A DNA stretch of 64,000 nt from Pecten maximus (Eukaryota): the NCBI RefSeq assembly GCF_902652985.1, contig NC_047024.1, positions 5,456,001-5,520,000 of the forward strand, given 5' to 3'. Positions within the stretch are counted from its first letter, which is position 1; each line of letters begins with the position of its first letter. The notes below the pieces were generated by a model. That model was not told the DNA's origin. It did no database searches and worked only from the letters and a program-made list of their open reading frames with translations. Shown piece by piece: positions 41,075 to 54,799 of the stretch. The position numbers and the translations under genes are program-made.

Positions 41075-44000
41075 TTATAATTCATAGGTAAACTTTAGAC
41101 CGGTATCTTTCAACTCCCCTTCCAGCATTAGATCGAACATTTCATTTTGTGCGACAGTGAACCAATTCTTCCAGTCCCCTGTTGTACCTGTGACCAAGAA
41201 AAAACAAATGTTATGATAGGAAAGAAATTAATGAAATGCATCCTACAACAAAAAGATTTTTTTTTTCAACTTTTATCAAAATCACAATTCATTATTTTAA
41301 ATTATACTAGTCGCAGAGACGTTTACCTTTTCTGAAAATGAAATTTGTTTTATCCTTTGAAATTTTTGGGATCATATCCTCCCCTTTTTTGCCTGAAGTT
41401 GTAGCGTCTGCAAGATTTTTAAATGAACATCGGTCGGCAATATCCTGTATAAGCTGAGGGCTTAATTCTTTGTTCAAAAAGGCTGCCAGACGTTCTATTT
41501 CTCCAACTGGATTCTGGAAGTAAGATTTTACACCAAGTAACTTTTCTAGTTAACACACTTTCACAATACCTTTTCAACTATATTTATTAAAATGTGTGCT
41601 TTCATGCGTTCATTTAAAACAGAACAAAATTTGTAGCTGTATACTAATATGTAAACATGGTACCTTTTTCAAGTCTTCGTAGAACACGCTATGGATATTT
41701 GTTACTACTTTTGTCCGTTTCGCCACCTCCCATTCTCGTTCGTAGTTGACAAAACCACCATAGAAATCTGGAGTGTATAAGCCACAGTATCTATCATGTA
41801 TCACGATAAAGATAAATTAATAATAGTTTGAATTAACATACAATGTTTTCAATATAAAATACACAATCATTATTACTTGCACACATTACCTAACTAAATA
41901 CATACTATCATACTACATATACTTTACACATTCTGAACACATATATTCACACTCAAAATTAATAAATCAACTATAATTCCACAAAATACTCTAATACATA
42001 CACAAATCCATACTTCTGCTAAGGGACACAACTCTCAATCAAAGGTACATAACTCACAAAATCTAATCCCGTTACAGTTCTATGAAATGATCAATAAAAC
42101 AATAAGCTCCACCCACTTGATATTGATTGGAGCAGTCAACTCCCCTATGAGCTGAACTTCTTTATCATATAAATGGGAATCCTGTTTACCATACGCACTA
42201 TTGTTTTACGCTCGAGATGTGTGTACGGGTCACTGTCATTACATTCATGTTGTAAACAAAAGTGAACTGCAACACCATGCAATATTTGAATACATTTATT
42301 GTATCTTACCACATAAAGAAGATATTAAAACAATGAGGCAGTAATTGGTTTGCCATAAAATTAATTTTAGGTTTGCGCACTTGTTAAACTATGGACTGCT
42401 ATGAGCATACGTCTTAGTTATGTATGAAGTTTTGGCTCGACGAATGTAAACAAACTACCTACATTATTGTAGTCTTTACGCATGACAAAAACGTAGATAT
42501 ACTTCTCCTTCCTGCACTGATACTTCTGACACTCTAGTATTTCATCATTTTGGAACTCTTTGGAGTTGGATCATATAGCCTCTAGATTGCTGTTTCATTC
42601 CTTGTCACGTACGTCAAGCAAGAGGTAATGGAAGGGATATTGAATCGTAGTGATTTATTAAGTAATCAAATCAAAATACTGAATGGGTGCATTTATAAAT
42701 CTAAACCTAAATGTACTGAATTATGGAACCCCTATTGCAACTTTTCAGTCTCTGGATTGTAACCATCGTGCTTTCCCTACCCACGGTGATTTCCAAATAA
42801 GTCTTCCTGCAAGTTTTTATCCATCTACATTCTGAAGTATGTTCTTGATCATGAGGTCGTTTTTTCAAGGAACTTTCGTGCAAATCTATTATTCTGCCGA
42901 TTTCCCTTGTTTTATCAATTTTAGAAGTAGTTACATTTTTCTTTAAATTTGGTACCGCTTGCTTGTTATCTTATCGTATAATATATACATTATGATGTAT
43001 TTTACTCACTGTGTTTGTTTGAACACATATCCTGTATATAGTCGTTCCAAGTTCCAGGAAAATCTTCTTCTGTACAGGCTGCCACCGGATCATTTTTGAT
43101 GTGGTTGTAAAATGACACCATCACATCCTTTGGGTTTCTTGATACATGAATGATTTTGTACCCATTATCTACGTGTTTCTTTGGGATGTGACGAAATGCC
43201 ACGTGGGTATTGAGGAAACGTGGCGAAGGACGATCATTTAATTCTTCAAGGTTGCTAGCTTCCAGCATATTATTGATTTTATGACCACTGGTATACTGTG
43301 CTCCTTCCTGTAGGATCATCGACACAATCTCGTGTACCCAATGTGTCCCTACAAAAACAAGGAATTGCAATGCATTGCTAACGTAAAGAATGTGCTATTT
43401 TCCAAAAAGCTGTCATCTTATGATATCGACCATAAATCGTATGAAATCACTGTATGGTTATTGCTTTGTGGCATATGAGTCCTATGAGTCTAGTGTTATT
43501 GTGTAACCTGTGTGCAGTGTTGTTTACGTAATTGTCAAGTGTATTTACCCTGTCAAATGCAGTAGAGCGCAACTCAGCGGTACCTCATGCACATATGTAA
43601 TGTATGTTTTTCTTAACACATTTGTCTATGTTATTTTCTTTTTAAGCTCACCTGGTCCGAAGTTTCTTTAAGCATACTGTTGTTAAAGCAATGCCTTGGG
43701 ACTTTTCACAACCCTAGGGAGTTATGAATTTGTTTCTGGGTTTTATCTATGATGCAAGGTGAGCGATATAGGCCCTCTGGGCCTCTAGTCTGTTTTGAGT
43801 GGTCCAGCAAGCATTGATATACATACACATGTATAAACTAGTCTCGCCTATATTATACGCCACGTAAGCTTGGTAAACTGATAGTGATACGGGTGGGATG
43901 GAATGTATTGTTTCGTTAGCGCTGATTGATTAACCTGGCGAAGGATTTTGTGGCACACCATAACCCTGATGATATTTCAACAAATTTTACTGACATTTTT

Positions 44001-47000
44001 ATATATATTAGATATACATTAGATTAGCTCTATTAGTTATCTAATCTACTGGTTTTTTTTTAAAATATATATTTGTTTCATTAACAAGTTAATAGACTTC
44101 CATATTCAACCGGATTCACACATCTTCAAAATGAAAATAAAATAGTTTATTTTTGTTAATACATAATTGCTTTCAGGGATTTAAAAAAAAAGTGATAAGT
44201 TTCATGAGGCATCTGTATATTATATGTATTACAATCATAATTATGACAGCCATATAAAACATCAATATTGATATCGTTATGGTCAAAGGCATAATTAATG
44301 AGCGAGTTAAGTACAATTTTATATTATAAAAAGACATTCTAGACAAAAATTAGCGATTGCGTTCAGTTCATCTGTATCAGTTTATATACCTTCAGTTTTG
44401 AAACGTTTAGCATATTCAATATCAGTGAATTTTTTATTATTGGGAATAAAGGGATAAGATAAGTTAATATTATCAAATTGCCTGTGCAATAGAAAATCCC
44501 TGATGGAATTAATAATACCCTGGTAAGTTAAAAAAAATTGTGTTAACATTGAATTTTGCTGTAAATTCCTGAAAACTATAAAATGTCAATTGGTGGGGAT
44601 GTTTTATAAGATCATGAATTATAACAATACCCTTTTTATACCATCCCTGATAAAATACTACTTTTCCATTTACTTTTAAATCTTTATTAAACCAAATAGG
44701 TGTTTTCAGTATTGGGTAAACATACTTACTATTTAATTGTGTTGTTTTCTCTATAAGACACCTCCAAGACTTAAATACATCTTTCCAAAACAGATTTTTA
44801 CATCTACATTTACATTTCTTAATGTATTCTGCTCCACAATTAGCCAAAATGCCTATATCAATATTTTTTGCTAAAATGCATTGCCATTTACTTGACTTTG
44901 AGTATAATCTTCCTATCCATGTTAACTTCAAAGCTCTTATAAAAGAATATATATCCACCATTCTAAGCCCTCCTTCATTATATTCTTTTACCATAATATC
45001 TCTTCTTACCTTGTCAACTTTACTGTTCCAAAGAAAATTATAAAGTTCTGAATTTAATTTTTTAATGAAGGATATATCAGGATTTGGCAATGATATGAAT
45101 AAGTGGTTGAGATGTGAAACCAATGATGACTTTATAACTTGTATTTTGCCAATAGGTTTGAGAATCCGCTTATTCCAGTTACTCAGGAGTGATTTAAGTT
45201 TTACTTTTTTTGTTTAAAATTCCTTCTAACCATTCTATGTAAATCTACATTTAACTCAATACCCAATATTGTAAATGTACTTTTCCTCCAATGTAAATTC
45301 CACTCTGGACAAAACTTGTCTTCGCTTTATTTTCTACTACCAGTCCAAATAACTAAGTCTTATCCTTGTTTATCTTCAGACCAGATATTTCAGCATATTT
45401 TTTTTACTCTTCCAGTGTTTCTTGTAATGACTTTCTTGACCCATCAAGAATGACTGATGTATCATCAGCGTACTGAGACAATAATATAGGAGTATTTTCA
45501 ATATTAATTCCCTGAATATTTACATTATTCCTTATCCTAATTCCTAGCACTTCTGCACATAAAATTAATAGGTATTGAGAGACAGGGTCACCTTGGCGAC
45601 AACCTCGTTTAATATTGAAAAATGAAGATAAATTCCCCCCCCCCCCCCTGATTAACTGATGAATTTGTCCCATTTTGAAAAATATTTATCTATTTTCTTA
45701 TATCCCTCCCAAAATTGAAAAATTCTAGCACTTTATCAATGAAAACCCATCCTACTGAATCAAAGGCCTTTTCAAAATCAACATTTAATAGCATTCCAGG
45801 AAGATCATTATCATCTTCATACTGCATAATATCATATGTAATTCTTGTATTTTCTCCTATATACCTACCTGAGATAAAGCCATACTGATCTGTGTTAATG
45901 ATTTTATCCAATATTGTTATTCTAGTAGCAACTGTACCTGAGGCAATTTTATACACTGTGTTTAAGAGCGAAATGGGTCTCCAATTCTTAATATAATGCC
46001 TTGGTTTATCTCCCTTTGGTAAACAAGTAATGATCCCCTGTCTTTGTGTTACTGAAAGTTTGTCATATTAAACCCGTTTTGAATAGATCTGACTACAAAA
46101 TGCCCTAACTATTTCCGAAAACATTTAAAGAACTCTACAGTAAACCCATTTGATCCTGGACTTTTATTATTCTTCATATATTTAAGAGTTTGAGAAGCCT
46201 CCTTGTAAGTAATATTACCCTCTAAACTATTTGATTCTAAAATATTTAATTTCGGTATATTATCATAATAAAGATATTCATTTCAGTTTACATCATTTAA
46301 TTCACTATCCTCTGAATACAGCTTTTCATAAAATTGTTTCAGTTCATTTAAAATTTCCTGTTGGTTTCTAATTATCTCACCATCATCTTTTTCAATTATA
46401 GGTATGATTTTAGTAATAAAGTTCCTATTTTCTAAATTAAAAAAGAAATATCTGGATGGCTTCTCTCCCTCTTCAACCCATTTAACCTTAGATCTTAATA
46501 TATTTCCATGGAGCTGATGCTTTCTGGTCGACTCGAATTCTCCCTTCACTCTATTTAAATCTTCCAAGTTAACATTATCTTGCTCTTCTAATACTTTTAC
46601 TTGCTCTCTAAGGGATTTTTCTTCACTAGCTCTCTGTTTTTTCTTATAAGATGAATAAGAAATGGTTTTACCCCTAATTTCAAATAAAACAGTTTCTAAA
46701 AAAAACTGATCATTTATTGTAAATTGAATATCTTCATCTGAGACATCTGCTAAATAATTCTTGTTATATATTGGTACAGCATACTGGGTTTTAATTTCTA
46801 CTATGTGTTTATTAATTAGTGACAGATACTTCAATTCATTTAGTAGTGAATTATTAAACTTCCATAACCCTTTTCCTCTCTTAAATTCGTTAAATACTGA
46901 AGTTATCCATGGTATGGAATGATCAGATCGATAGCCTGGATCAATATTTGTTTAATGTGTACTATATATAAGATTTTCAGAAACTAAAAAATAATCTAAC

Positions 47001-48668
47001 CTAGCCTGCTTTACCGGCCTTGTCCTCCTCCAAGTGTACCTTTTACATTCTGGATGTTGACTTCTAAAAATATCTATGAGCCCAAGTTCATTTGTTATCT
47101 CTAAAACTGTTTCTCTAGCCCTAGGGTTATTTACCTGCCTGTAGTTAGAACAATCTATATCAGGATCCAAAACTAAATTAAAATCTACACATACAATAAA
47201 CGAATCATTACCAAATTCCTGTATAACATCTAGAACCTTATTATAAAATGCTGGTGTAGCAGAGTTTGGACCATATAAATTAATAAGAGCTAATCTTTTT
47301 TTTTCATTGGTAATAATGTCTAGAGCAATACAATTTCCGTCTAAATATTTTCTCACTTTTATAATCTTGATCTCAAAGTTATTATTGATTAAAATTGCTA
47401 CCCTTCTGGAATTTGAGTTGTAAGAACTAAAATGACAGGTGTATCCCCATTCTGATCTAATCATATTTTCTAGTTCTACTGATTTTTTTCTTTATCTTAC
47501 AGACGTTTCAGACCTGCAAGTGATTAAGAGTGTAAAAGATTAGTATCAGTAATACAAGCTGTACAGCACTCGAAAAAGGCCAATGTATTTGTCATTGTTC
47601 TGTGGTACGTATGCCATCTCCAAACGACAATTTACTTGCATTTGCATTGGACATTATGATAATGTGAACCGATATGTTTAAAAGGTAGAACGTGCAAGGT
47701 AGCACATTGGTAGCATGCGTGTTATAGTTAGTGTGTTTGAAGGTTAAGCTTAACGTTAGTTATACGTTTTTTTCCATTTGTGTCTTTATTTTGTGTACGT
47801 CTGTCACCCTGACCTTTGTTGGGCACTGTGCATGTGCCCTGTCTATTGTTGGTGTTTTTGTCGTGCAATGTCCGTGGTCGTTTATTTTGCTAGGGTCTGC
47901 CGTATCTGTGTGCTCCTGTCAATCATCTGTTGTGATTGGTCCTTTAGTTTCGTATTATCAAATGTGGGGTAAATTCAGGGTGATATATCGTGGACAGTCT
48001 GATGGATTAGTTTTGTGTGTTCTGTCACGTCTTTGCGTGTTAATTTAGGGATTATGCTATTTTGGGTTTTAGGTTGGTTTTGCTGTTGCATACGTCTATA
48101 TATATTCATGTTGAAAATATTCAAGTTATAAATATAAATTGTTAACTGTAAGGCGTTCGTTCTCCCTCTATACGACTGATACACGTTACCAACCGGAACT
48201 GGGTTGATGGACCAAAGGGCGAGTCGGATTCAGTTTAACACACGTATGCAATCTTGGCACAACCCGCTCCTGTTACATATTAATATGCTATTTTCCGGGT
48301 GTATATCAAGATATATAAGATTAAGACTGCACAAAGTATAAATAAAAAATGGAAAATTTGGCGAGATTCTGATAGTTGGTTAGACTGGAATGAGCGGTCA
48401 TGTTTCCATCAATATCGACATTTGCATTGTCTTTGTTTGCCATGCTGTCACAGTCTAAAGGAATCTTACCTGCTTTGGGGAAAGTACAGAGCAGTATATC
48501 TGATTCCCTTGAGTCAAAGTCCCTAATTGCCTCCATGTGTTTTTCAGTGTTAGCCAATAGCGGGTGAAATTTCGGAAGCATACAGCCATCGTAAGTAGGA
48601 TGTTTTTTGCTCCTCAAAATATCAAGTATGTTTTCTCTTTCCTCAGGATCAAGACTTAATAACTCCAT
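41075..48668 (-). CDS. Cytosolic sulfotransferase copy 4, intact, 313 aa; coding exons 48668-48470, 43348-43010, 41767-41664, 41513-41327, 41187-41075
   Basis: Exon sizes 199/339/104/187/113, GT-AG introns, all PAPS-binding motifs, TAA at 41077-41075; UTR-exon donor at 48790-48789. Confidence 0.93.
43642..43790 (+). mobile_element. Miniature HINE-type element (unit B counterpart of 27142-27290)
   Basis: agctcacctggtccgaag ... ggtgagcgatataggccctctgggcct. Confidence 0.75.
44436..47479 (-). mobile_element. Tx1/L1-clade LINE ORF2 fragment (APE endonuclease and RT), frameshifted and truncated at both ends
   Basis: EN motifs (NLYGPN, DFN, YTW, RLDYFL, SDHS) and RT motifs (DFEKAFD, RGCRQGDP, QYADD). 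Absent from the copy 3 intron (27933-27941); flanked by tgaatttttt / tgattttttt. Confidence 0.92.
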
Positions 48669-50114
48669 CGTTCTCCTGTCAAGTATACATAAATAGAGAA
48701 CTGAGAATAGAAAAACAGCTTTTATCAACATTATAAATATCAACACATAGATGTAATAAACAAGATCAGAAATTCATTGTATACACGTACCTTGAGCAGG
48801 TTAGTCAAACATAAACAAAACAAGACGTCTGATTGCGTTCCATTATCGGGTTTGTACCATTTCTACCAAATAGTAACAGTATCATAAAATGGAACAGACT
48901 TGAATATCCAGCGAAATTCCAAGATGTATACTGTCACTACCAAAAACCGAATAGTTTCCTTCTTTACAACTTAACTAACCATGAGAGCCATTTCGGCTCT
49001 GCTTGTACAACCTGTTCCATTATGAGTACGTCAAATTCTTACCGGTACAACTGGCACGAACCCGATAAAAGAAAGCACCCGACAGCAACACTACAGCCAT
49101 TTACAAGATTACGTTACCACTCGTGTGTAATGCTACTCTTTTTGTGTCGTCCCACTTCCTCACCCAATAACTACATGTATAGCAATCAAAACAAAATCAT
49201 ACTCATTTCTATATAATTACTCATTTGAATAATAGTTCAAATAATAAAATTCTGTGCATGATGTATCCAGTAAAATTATCCAGTAAGCAAAAGGAAAGGA
49301 AATTATTACTTTAGATACATGTAAGCTGTGTCTCGATGCGACGTCTGGGGACCACTAGGACCAATTTATTGATTAATAGACGTTGATTAATTGATAATAG
49401 AATATAATTTTTGATAAAACAAAATAGTTCAAGTTACTCAAACTTCTTTATCTGTCCTATCCTAAATATTACTTTCATTTTTGTATAATTTGAACCATTT
49501 GTGTAGGAAATCGTCCCGTTTTTATCCTTTTTTCATGTCTCCCCATTTCGTTATCTTTTGAAGTTGTTTATTTTATATTTTTTGTTAAATATATTGCTGT
49601 CGCGACATTGGTAGAGGGTAAGGTATAAAATGATGATGTATTGTTTCATTCCACAATATAGTTTAATGGTTCCGTTGTCATTATACCTGGTCTCTGGAAA
49701 ACATTTTTTTTCTCGGAATATCTCGTCTTTCTCGTATTCGTATTTTGCTCTCGCCTATCAATGTCAAGGCTAAACTCACGTTTTAATTTACAAGTCCGTA
49801 TCTGTTTTGATGTTCCTTTTTTTGTCATGTACCTGTATAATATAATTATACTATTATCCTATCCTGCGATAAACCACTTAACTATTAAAATTGTGTTTAT
49901 AACTATCATTTCATTAGGCATTGTGTTTGATTTGATTTAATTTCAACAACTTTTATTGACATCGTTGATCAATGTCAATTGGATAACTGACAAGACTATT
50001 TACATTCTTTCCAAATCATGTATTCAACTTTTAAACATAATTTCCGAAAGGAAAATTATAAGCACATAAGTTAAAGGGAAGTAACTCATTCTTAAATTAA
50101 CACCACTGGATCAC

Positions 50115-51177
50115 AATACATTTACAATGAACACATCTTACATAGTGCTATTTTGTATTGATAATCTGGTCTTATTCCACTTTCTAAACGTCGACATCGT
50201 CATCAACATATTCTGTTTGATAAGATTTTTAATAAAGTATGCCCTGCTCATTTAAGTGACTCCATTTTACCTTATGTGAACACAAATAATATTGCTTACC
50301 CATTACGTCATAATAGACTTTTTGATGTGCCTCAGGCTAGAACAAACCTTTATAATACAAACTTTTCCCCTAAAATCATGTATGAATGGAACAATCCAGC
50401 TTGTCTGTTCCCATCAATGTCCCCTTTAAAGCGTGAATTCTTACAACATCTTGACTTAGATCGTGATACACAATGTACTACTATTTTTCAAAAACGGTGG
50501 AGATCGAAAAATTAATATAATTTTATGTCAGTTAAGAAATTCTGTGAGTAATCTTAATGCATATTTATTTAATTTATTTTCATTTAAAAGATACCCCTGC
50601 TGCAACTGTAGGTATCCAGATGAAGATTGTTCTCACTTCTTTCTAAACTGTCCTCTTTATAACATTGAAAGGCAATCCCTTTTCAACTCTCTAGCTGCTC
50701 TGAGTGATCATATGCTGCAGAATACACAATTATTTTATTTGGTTCTCTTGATGTGGATATTATTTTAAACAAATCCGTTCTTGACTTGGTTCAGAGATTC
50801 ATTGTCGATACCAGACGATTTCCTTGACTCAATACTAGAAATTGTAAATTGTTCATAACTGGTTTTTTCTTCATTTTTATAAATATAGCACAGGCTATTG
50901 ATTGTGAATGGACCGTTTTTTGTCTGTTGCTATTTTTCTTAAGTGATTACAAAGATTGATCAGTCAATATCATAATGCAATTTCCCGCTTGAATTTAGTA
51001 GTATACATGTATTGGAATCTCTTGCAGTTATTAGTTATAGCATTCATATTTATTTTTGTTATGTACATCATGTTGTATATATATATCATAAGGAGAGGGC
51101 TTTTTATAGGCTTGTCCTGTTGCCCAATTCCCTTTGTCTATACCATCTTGACAATAAAATATTCTGAAATAAAAAAA
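50115..51177 (+). mobile_element. CR1/L2-like LINE 3' fragment (unit B copy)
   Basis: Colinear with 30805-31854. Confidence 0.75.
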
Positions 51178-51609
51178 CACATCTTACATAAATACTTTTA
51201 GAGCTATTATTCAGTTTTTTTTATAAGCTATAATGACAGTCCTTGGCAGTCAGTAACCAAAAGTGCATGCCCTAATCAATATGTTGTTTGTCCGATTATT
51301 TTGTTATGGGCTGCTTGTTTATTAACCCCAGCTCTGATCATTTTTGTATTACTGGATGTGTAGGCTGTAATCCCTTTGTCTATTGCCGTATATTGAGGGT
51401 CTGAATCTGAATGATTGTCAGTAGGAAGGCATATTTAAAAAGAAAGGAAAATGCGTTCGGTTTCAATCCCAACTCCAAAGTGTTTATAATACACACACAT
51501 TTTCATATTCATATCAATATATATGATATACATATATATATGTATCTAGATTCAATAATGTACAAAGTTGAACGTTAAACAATTTATATTCTATTTACTG
51601 TACATGTTA

Positions 51610-52393
51610 CAGGGGCGTAGCTAGGCCAACAAAAATGTGTAAGACCAGAGGGTCAAGGGCAGAGCCCTGGTGGGAGGATCAGAGGGGCGAAGCTTCCCCA
51701 TGGAAAATCAATTTAAAGATTTTATGAGTGTTTGATATTGATTTCCAAGATAATAATTTCAAAATATTTTTAATTCTAAATGTTACTGAACTACAATTTT
51801 TCCGATATAAACATATTATTAATGTTCATTTGTTTGTATAGTTTAGACAAAAGAAAATTGTCTGTTTGAATAAAAGACAATTTCCTTTTGGGTAAAAAAT
51901 CCCATGTTTAGGTAATTTGGGCCTTTCTGGGATAATTTTTGGTCGGAACATGTAGGTCAAACTTTGTCATGTGTCTGTGGTACGTTACTTGGGCCAGGAC
52001 ATGAGCAAACTTGTTTAACCTTTTAGTCGTTGGTTCTTCTTCCTTGGGTTTGAAGTATGTATCGATCCTGAGCACATTTTCAAGCCTTCTTCATTTTGAA
52101 TAGATACACTTATCAACATTATACAACCGGAAACATGGAGTTGATAGTAATAGACAAATATCATGTGATAGCTATTCCGTAATGCACTAGACCTATATTT
52201 TTATAATATATAGCACACAGTGGTACATTTTCTGGTATTATCAATAAGTTGGTTATAATATTAAATCAAAACTTTGAAGTCATAATCATTACTTTTTTTT
52301 CGGAGGCTACTTGAAATGTTGGACCATACCTTTAAGGCAGGATTTTTTTATGTGTAAGCCCAGGCTTTTTTTCTAATGGACGCTGCGCCCCTG
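51610..52393. mobile_element. MITE with CAGGGGCG TIRs (hAT-like)
   Basis: caggggcgtagc ... gctgcgcccctg; no clean 8-bp TSD; only the left ~70 bp survive in unit A (~32269-32340). Confidence 0.65.
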
Positions 52394-52767
52394 ATGTACA
52401 ACTAATACTATATCATTTGTATACAGTTTTCTGTTATATGATATACAATTAACATTGTGTGAACTGTTTTATCATTATCCATTTACACTTAATTTCGAAA
52501 ATCTCACACAACAAATTATTTATGATTTTACTAATGACACAATTCCCAAAATCGCTCATTTTAAGTTCAAAATAAAGTTTAAAAGTTTTCCTACCTGTTA
52601 ACCATGTCATTATTTAAGTTTACCATCATGTTTACAGTAGAATGGGGAACTCAAACCTTGGAAGCTCCCACCTTTTTACACCGTAGTCCTACATCATTAG
52701 AAGTAGCAGTTTAAGTTTCTGGTATTTGAAATATCAGGTTGTCACCATAGTTTGTGCAAGTAAATAA

Positions 52768-52938
52768 GTGTTGCGTTTATTCGCAAACGTATTGCGTTTA
52801 TTCGCAAAAGTATTGCGTTTATTCGAAAAAGCATTGCGTTTATTCGCAAAAGCATCACGTTTATTCGCAAAAGTATTGCGTTTAAACGCAATAATTTTTT
52901 TTTTTACATATAACATTTGGCACCGATGGGCTTCCGTA
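52768..52938. mobile_element. Right end of a second IS3EU-like MITE with 21-bp palindromic repeats
   Basis: About 6 copies of ttgcgtttattcgcaaaagta, then terminus gggcttccgta abutting gtgatc, where homology with unit A (33058) resumes. Confidence 0.6.
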
Positions 52939-53302
52939 GTGATCATATATTATTGTAAGACAACATCTTCCGTCCAAGTTAATGTATCATTAATCAAACG
53001 AAACCACACACCAAAATATTATGTTAATATATTAGGTTATTTTTTCTTTCTTCCTTACAAGTGAAACATCAACCAACGTCAAAAAGACTTCACAATCTTA
53101 AAAAAAATCAGTGATTGGTGCAATGCGACAGTAATGATAATAATGTAAATAAGTAAAACTATATGTACTGAAGGGCCTAGTTACGTACACAGGGTTTGGT
53201 GATAAGCATTATGTACTGACGACACTTGACCAGCCAAGATAAAACAACATACGACCAATATATACTGTGTCTATCTTGTTAGCGGCATTCTTTGCTTGCG
53301 CG

Positions 53303-54456
53303 ATGACAACAAATATGGCAAACGCCCTCAATGGCAAAATATTCATGCGAATATTTTGCACATTGGCTTTATTTATGTTTCCAGACAGAACGGTTCAGGC
53401 TGACTCCACTGCCAAAACTACCACTGCTGATGACCAGTTGGTGATGTTGACAAAACGAATGAGCGAGTTGGAACTTTCGTATTCCAGAGATGTGGGCGAG
53501 CTTACCAAACGTGTGCAGGAACTCTCGGATTTACGCGAAATTGATAAGCGCGAGATGACGAGGTTGAATCAACAAGTAAGAAAACTACAACTTTTGCACG
53601 TAAAACACGTACACAAGACCTCAATTTTGACTCAGCGTATCGAGGAAATCGATCGTCGTTGTGATGAATATGAACAAGTGGATATATCTAAGCAAATACC
53701 TACGCCATCAGAAAACGAATTGCCGCGTTATAATACAAGTGTGATACCACTTTCGTCAAATGCCAAACCTCGAGAAACGATGATTACGGGGAATGACAGG
53801 TCGACATCTCGTAAAAATCTGAGATCCAAATTTAGTGAGAGGTCGGGCAGGAGCCAGTCCAGGCCAACGAGATTGATTAATCGTGTCAGTACGTATTTAA
53901 AAGAGGAATGAAAACAATAGTAATTTAACAACATGTTTTACACTTGTACTTTTCAATATTAATTTCAATATCAAATCATTTCGAACTATGGATATAATTA
54001 TTATAATATAGTTGTAGTATAAATATTAAACAAGCGATCATTTTCTCCCAAGGTTCGGTTGAGGACAATGTGGCATTCCATGCTATCCTTGCAAACACGA
54101 TATCCGATCCATCCACAAACCACCCGGTGATATACAACCAACTCATGTTCAACACTGGAGGCGCCAACTACAGCACAAATACTGGCGTCTTTAGGTGCCC
54201 TAGTGCTGGAATTTATGTTTTCTCTTGGTCCATATTTGTGAGGAAGAATCAGTACATTTATACTGAATTGGTACGCAACAATGACGGGATAGGGTCCAGT
54301 TTAGCAGGCGAGGACACAATCAGCTACACAGCAGGATCTGCAACTGCCGCAACACACCTGGAGGTCGGAGATGAGGTATGGGTACGTGTATGTGGCCACG
54401 AGAGTGGATCAGATGTATTAGCAAATCTATCCATGTTCACTGGCTTTCGCTTGTGA
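53303..54456 (+). CDS. C1q-domain-containing protein (putative signal peptide, coiled coil, gC1q), intact; exons 53303-53888 and 54053-54456, 329 aa (315 aa if the start is 53345)
   Basis: Phase-1 intron A|GTACGT...cccaag|GT; hydrophobic MRIFCTLALFMF; heptad-like segment; gC1q motifs VAFHA, YSTNTGVFRCPSAGIYVFSW, LEVGDEVWV, SMFTGFRL. Confidence 0.9.
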
Positions 54457-54760
54457 TGAAATCAATCTTATTCCGCAAGTTGTAATATTGTTACAAATAA
54501 ACATGAAGATTAAAAGTATTTGGTTGATTAGTAATTATTTTCGATGCAAAAGAAGGGTTTGATGGTAAATTGTTTGTTATTGGTCCAAGTTATTATTTCA
54601 CTCAGAAGTGTATAGTGCTCTATACGTTTAAAATGCATTTAAGGATTTGTACACCGAAAGGTCTTTTTGTGTTATGTCAGGATAAACAATATGCCTGGTA
54701 CAACGTATCTTGTTAATTCACAACGAATCGCATTTGCCTGGGGTTTTAATCTTTAGTTCT

Positions 54761-54761
<1 letters not shown>

Positions 54762-54798
<37 letters not shown>
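54762..54798. repeat. Poly-C tract
   Basis: Directly visible; shorter at the unit A counterpart (~35308-35325). Confidence 0.9.

Positions 54799-54799
<1 letters not shown>

Noticed and set aside
52734-53064. Repetitive peptide ORFs (NKRNTFA / VLRLFAK)
   Set aside because: Products of a 21-bp tandem repeat inside a MITE end.
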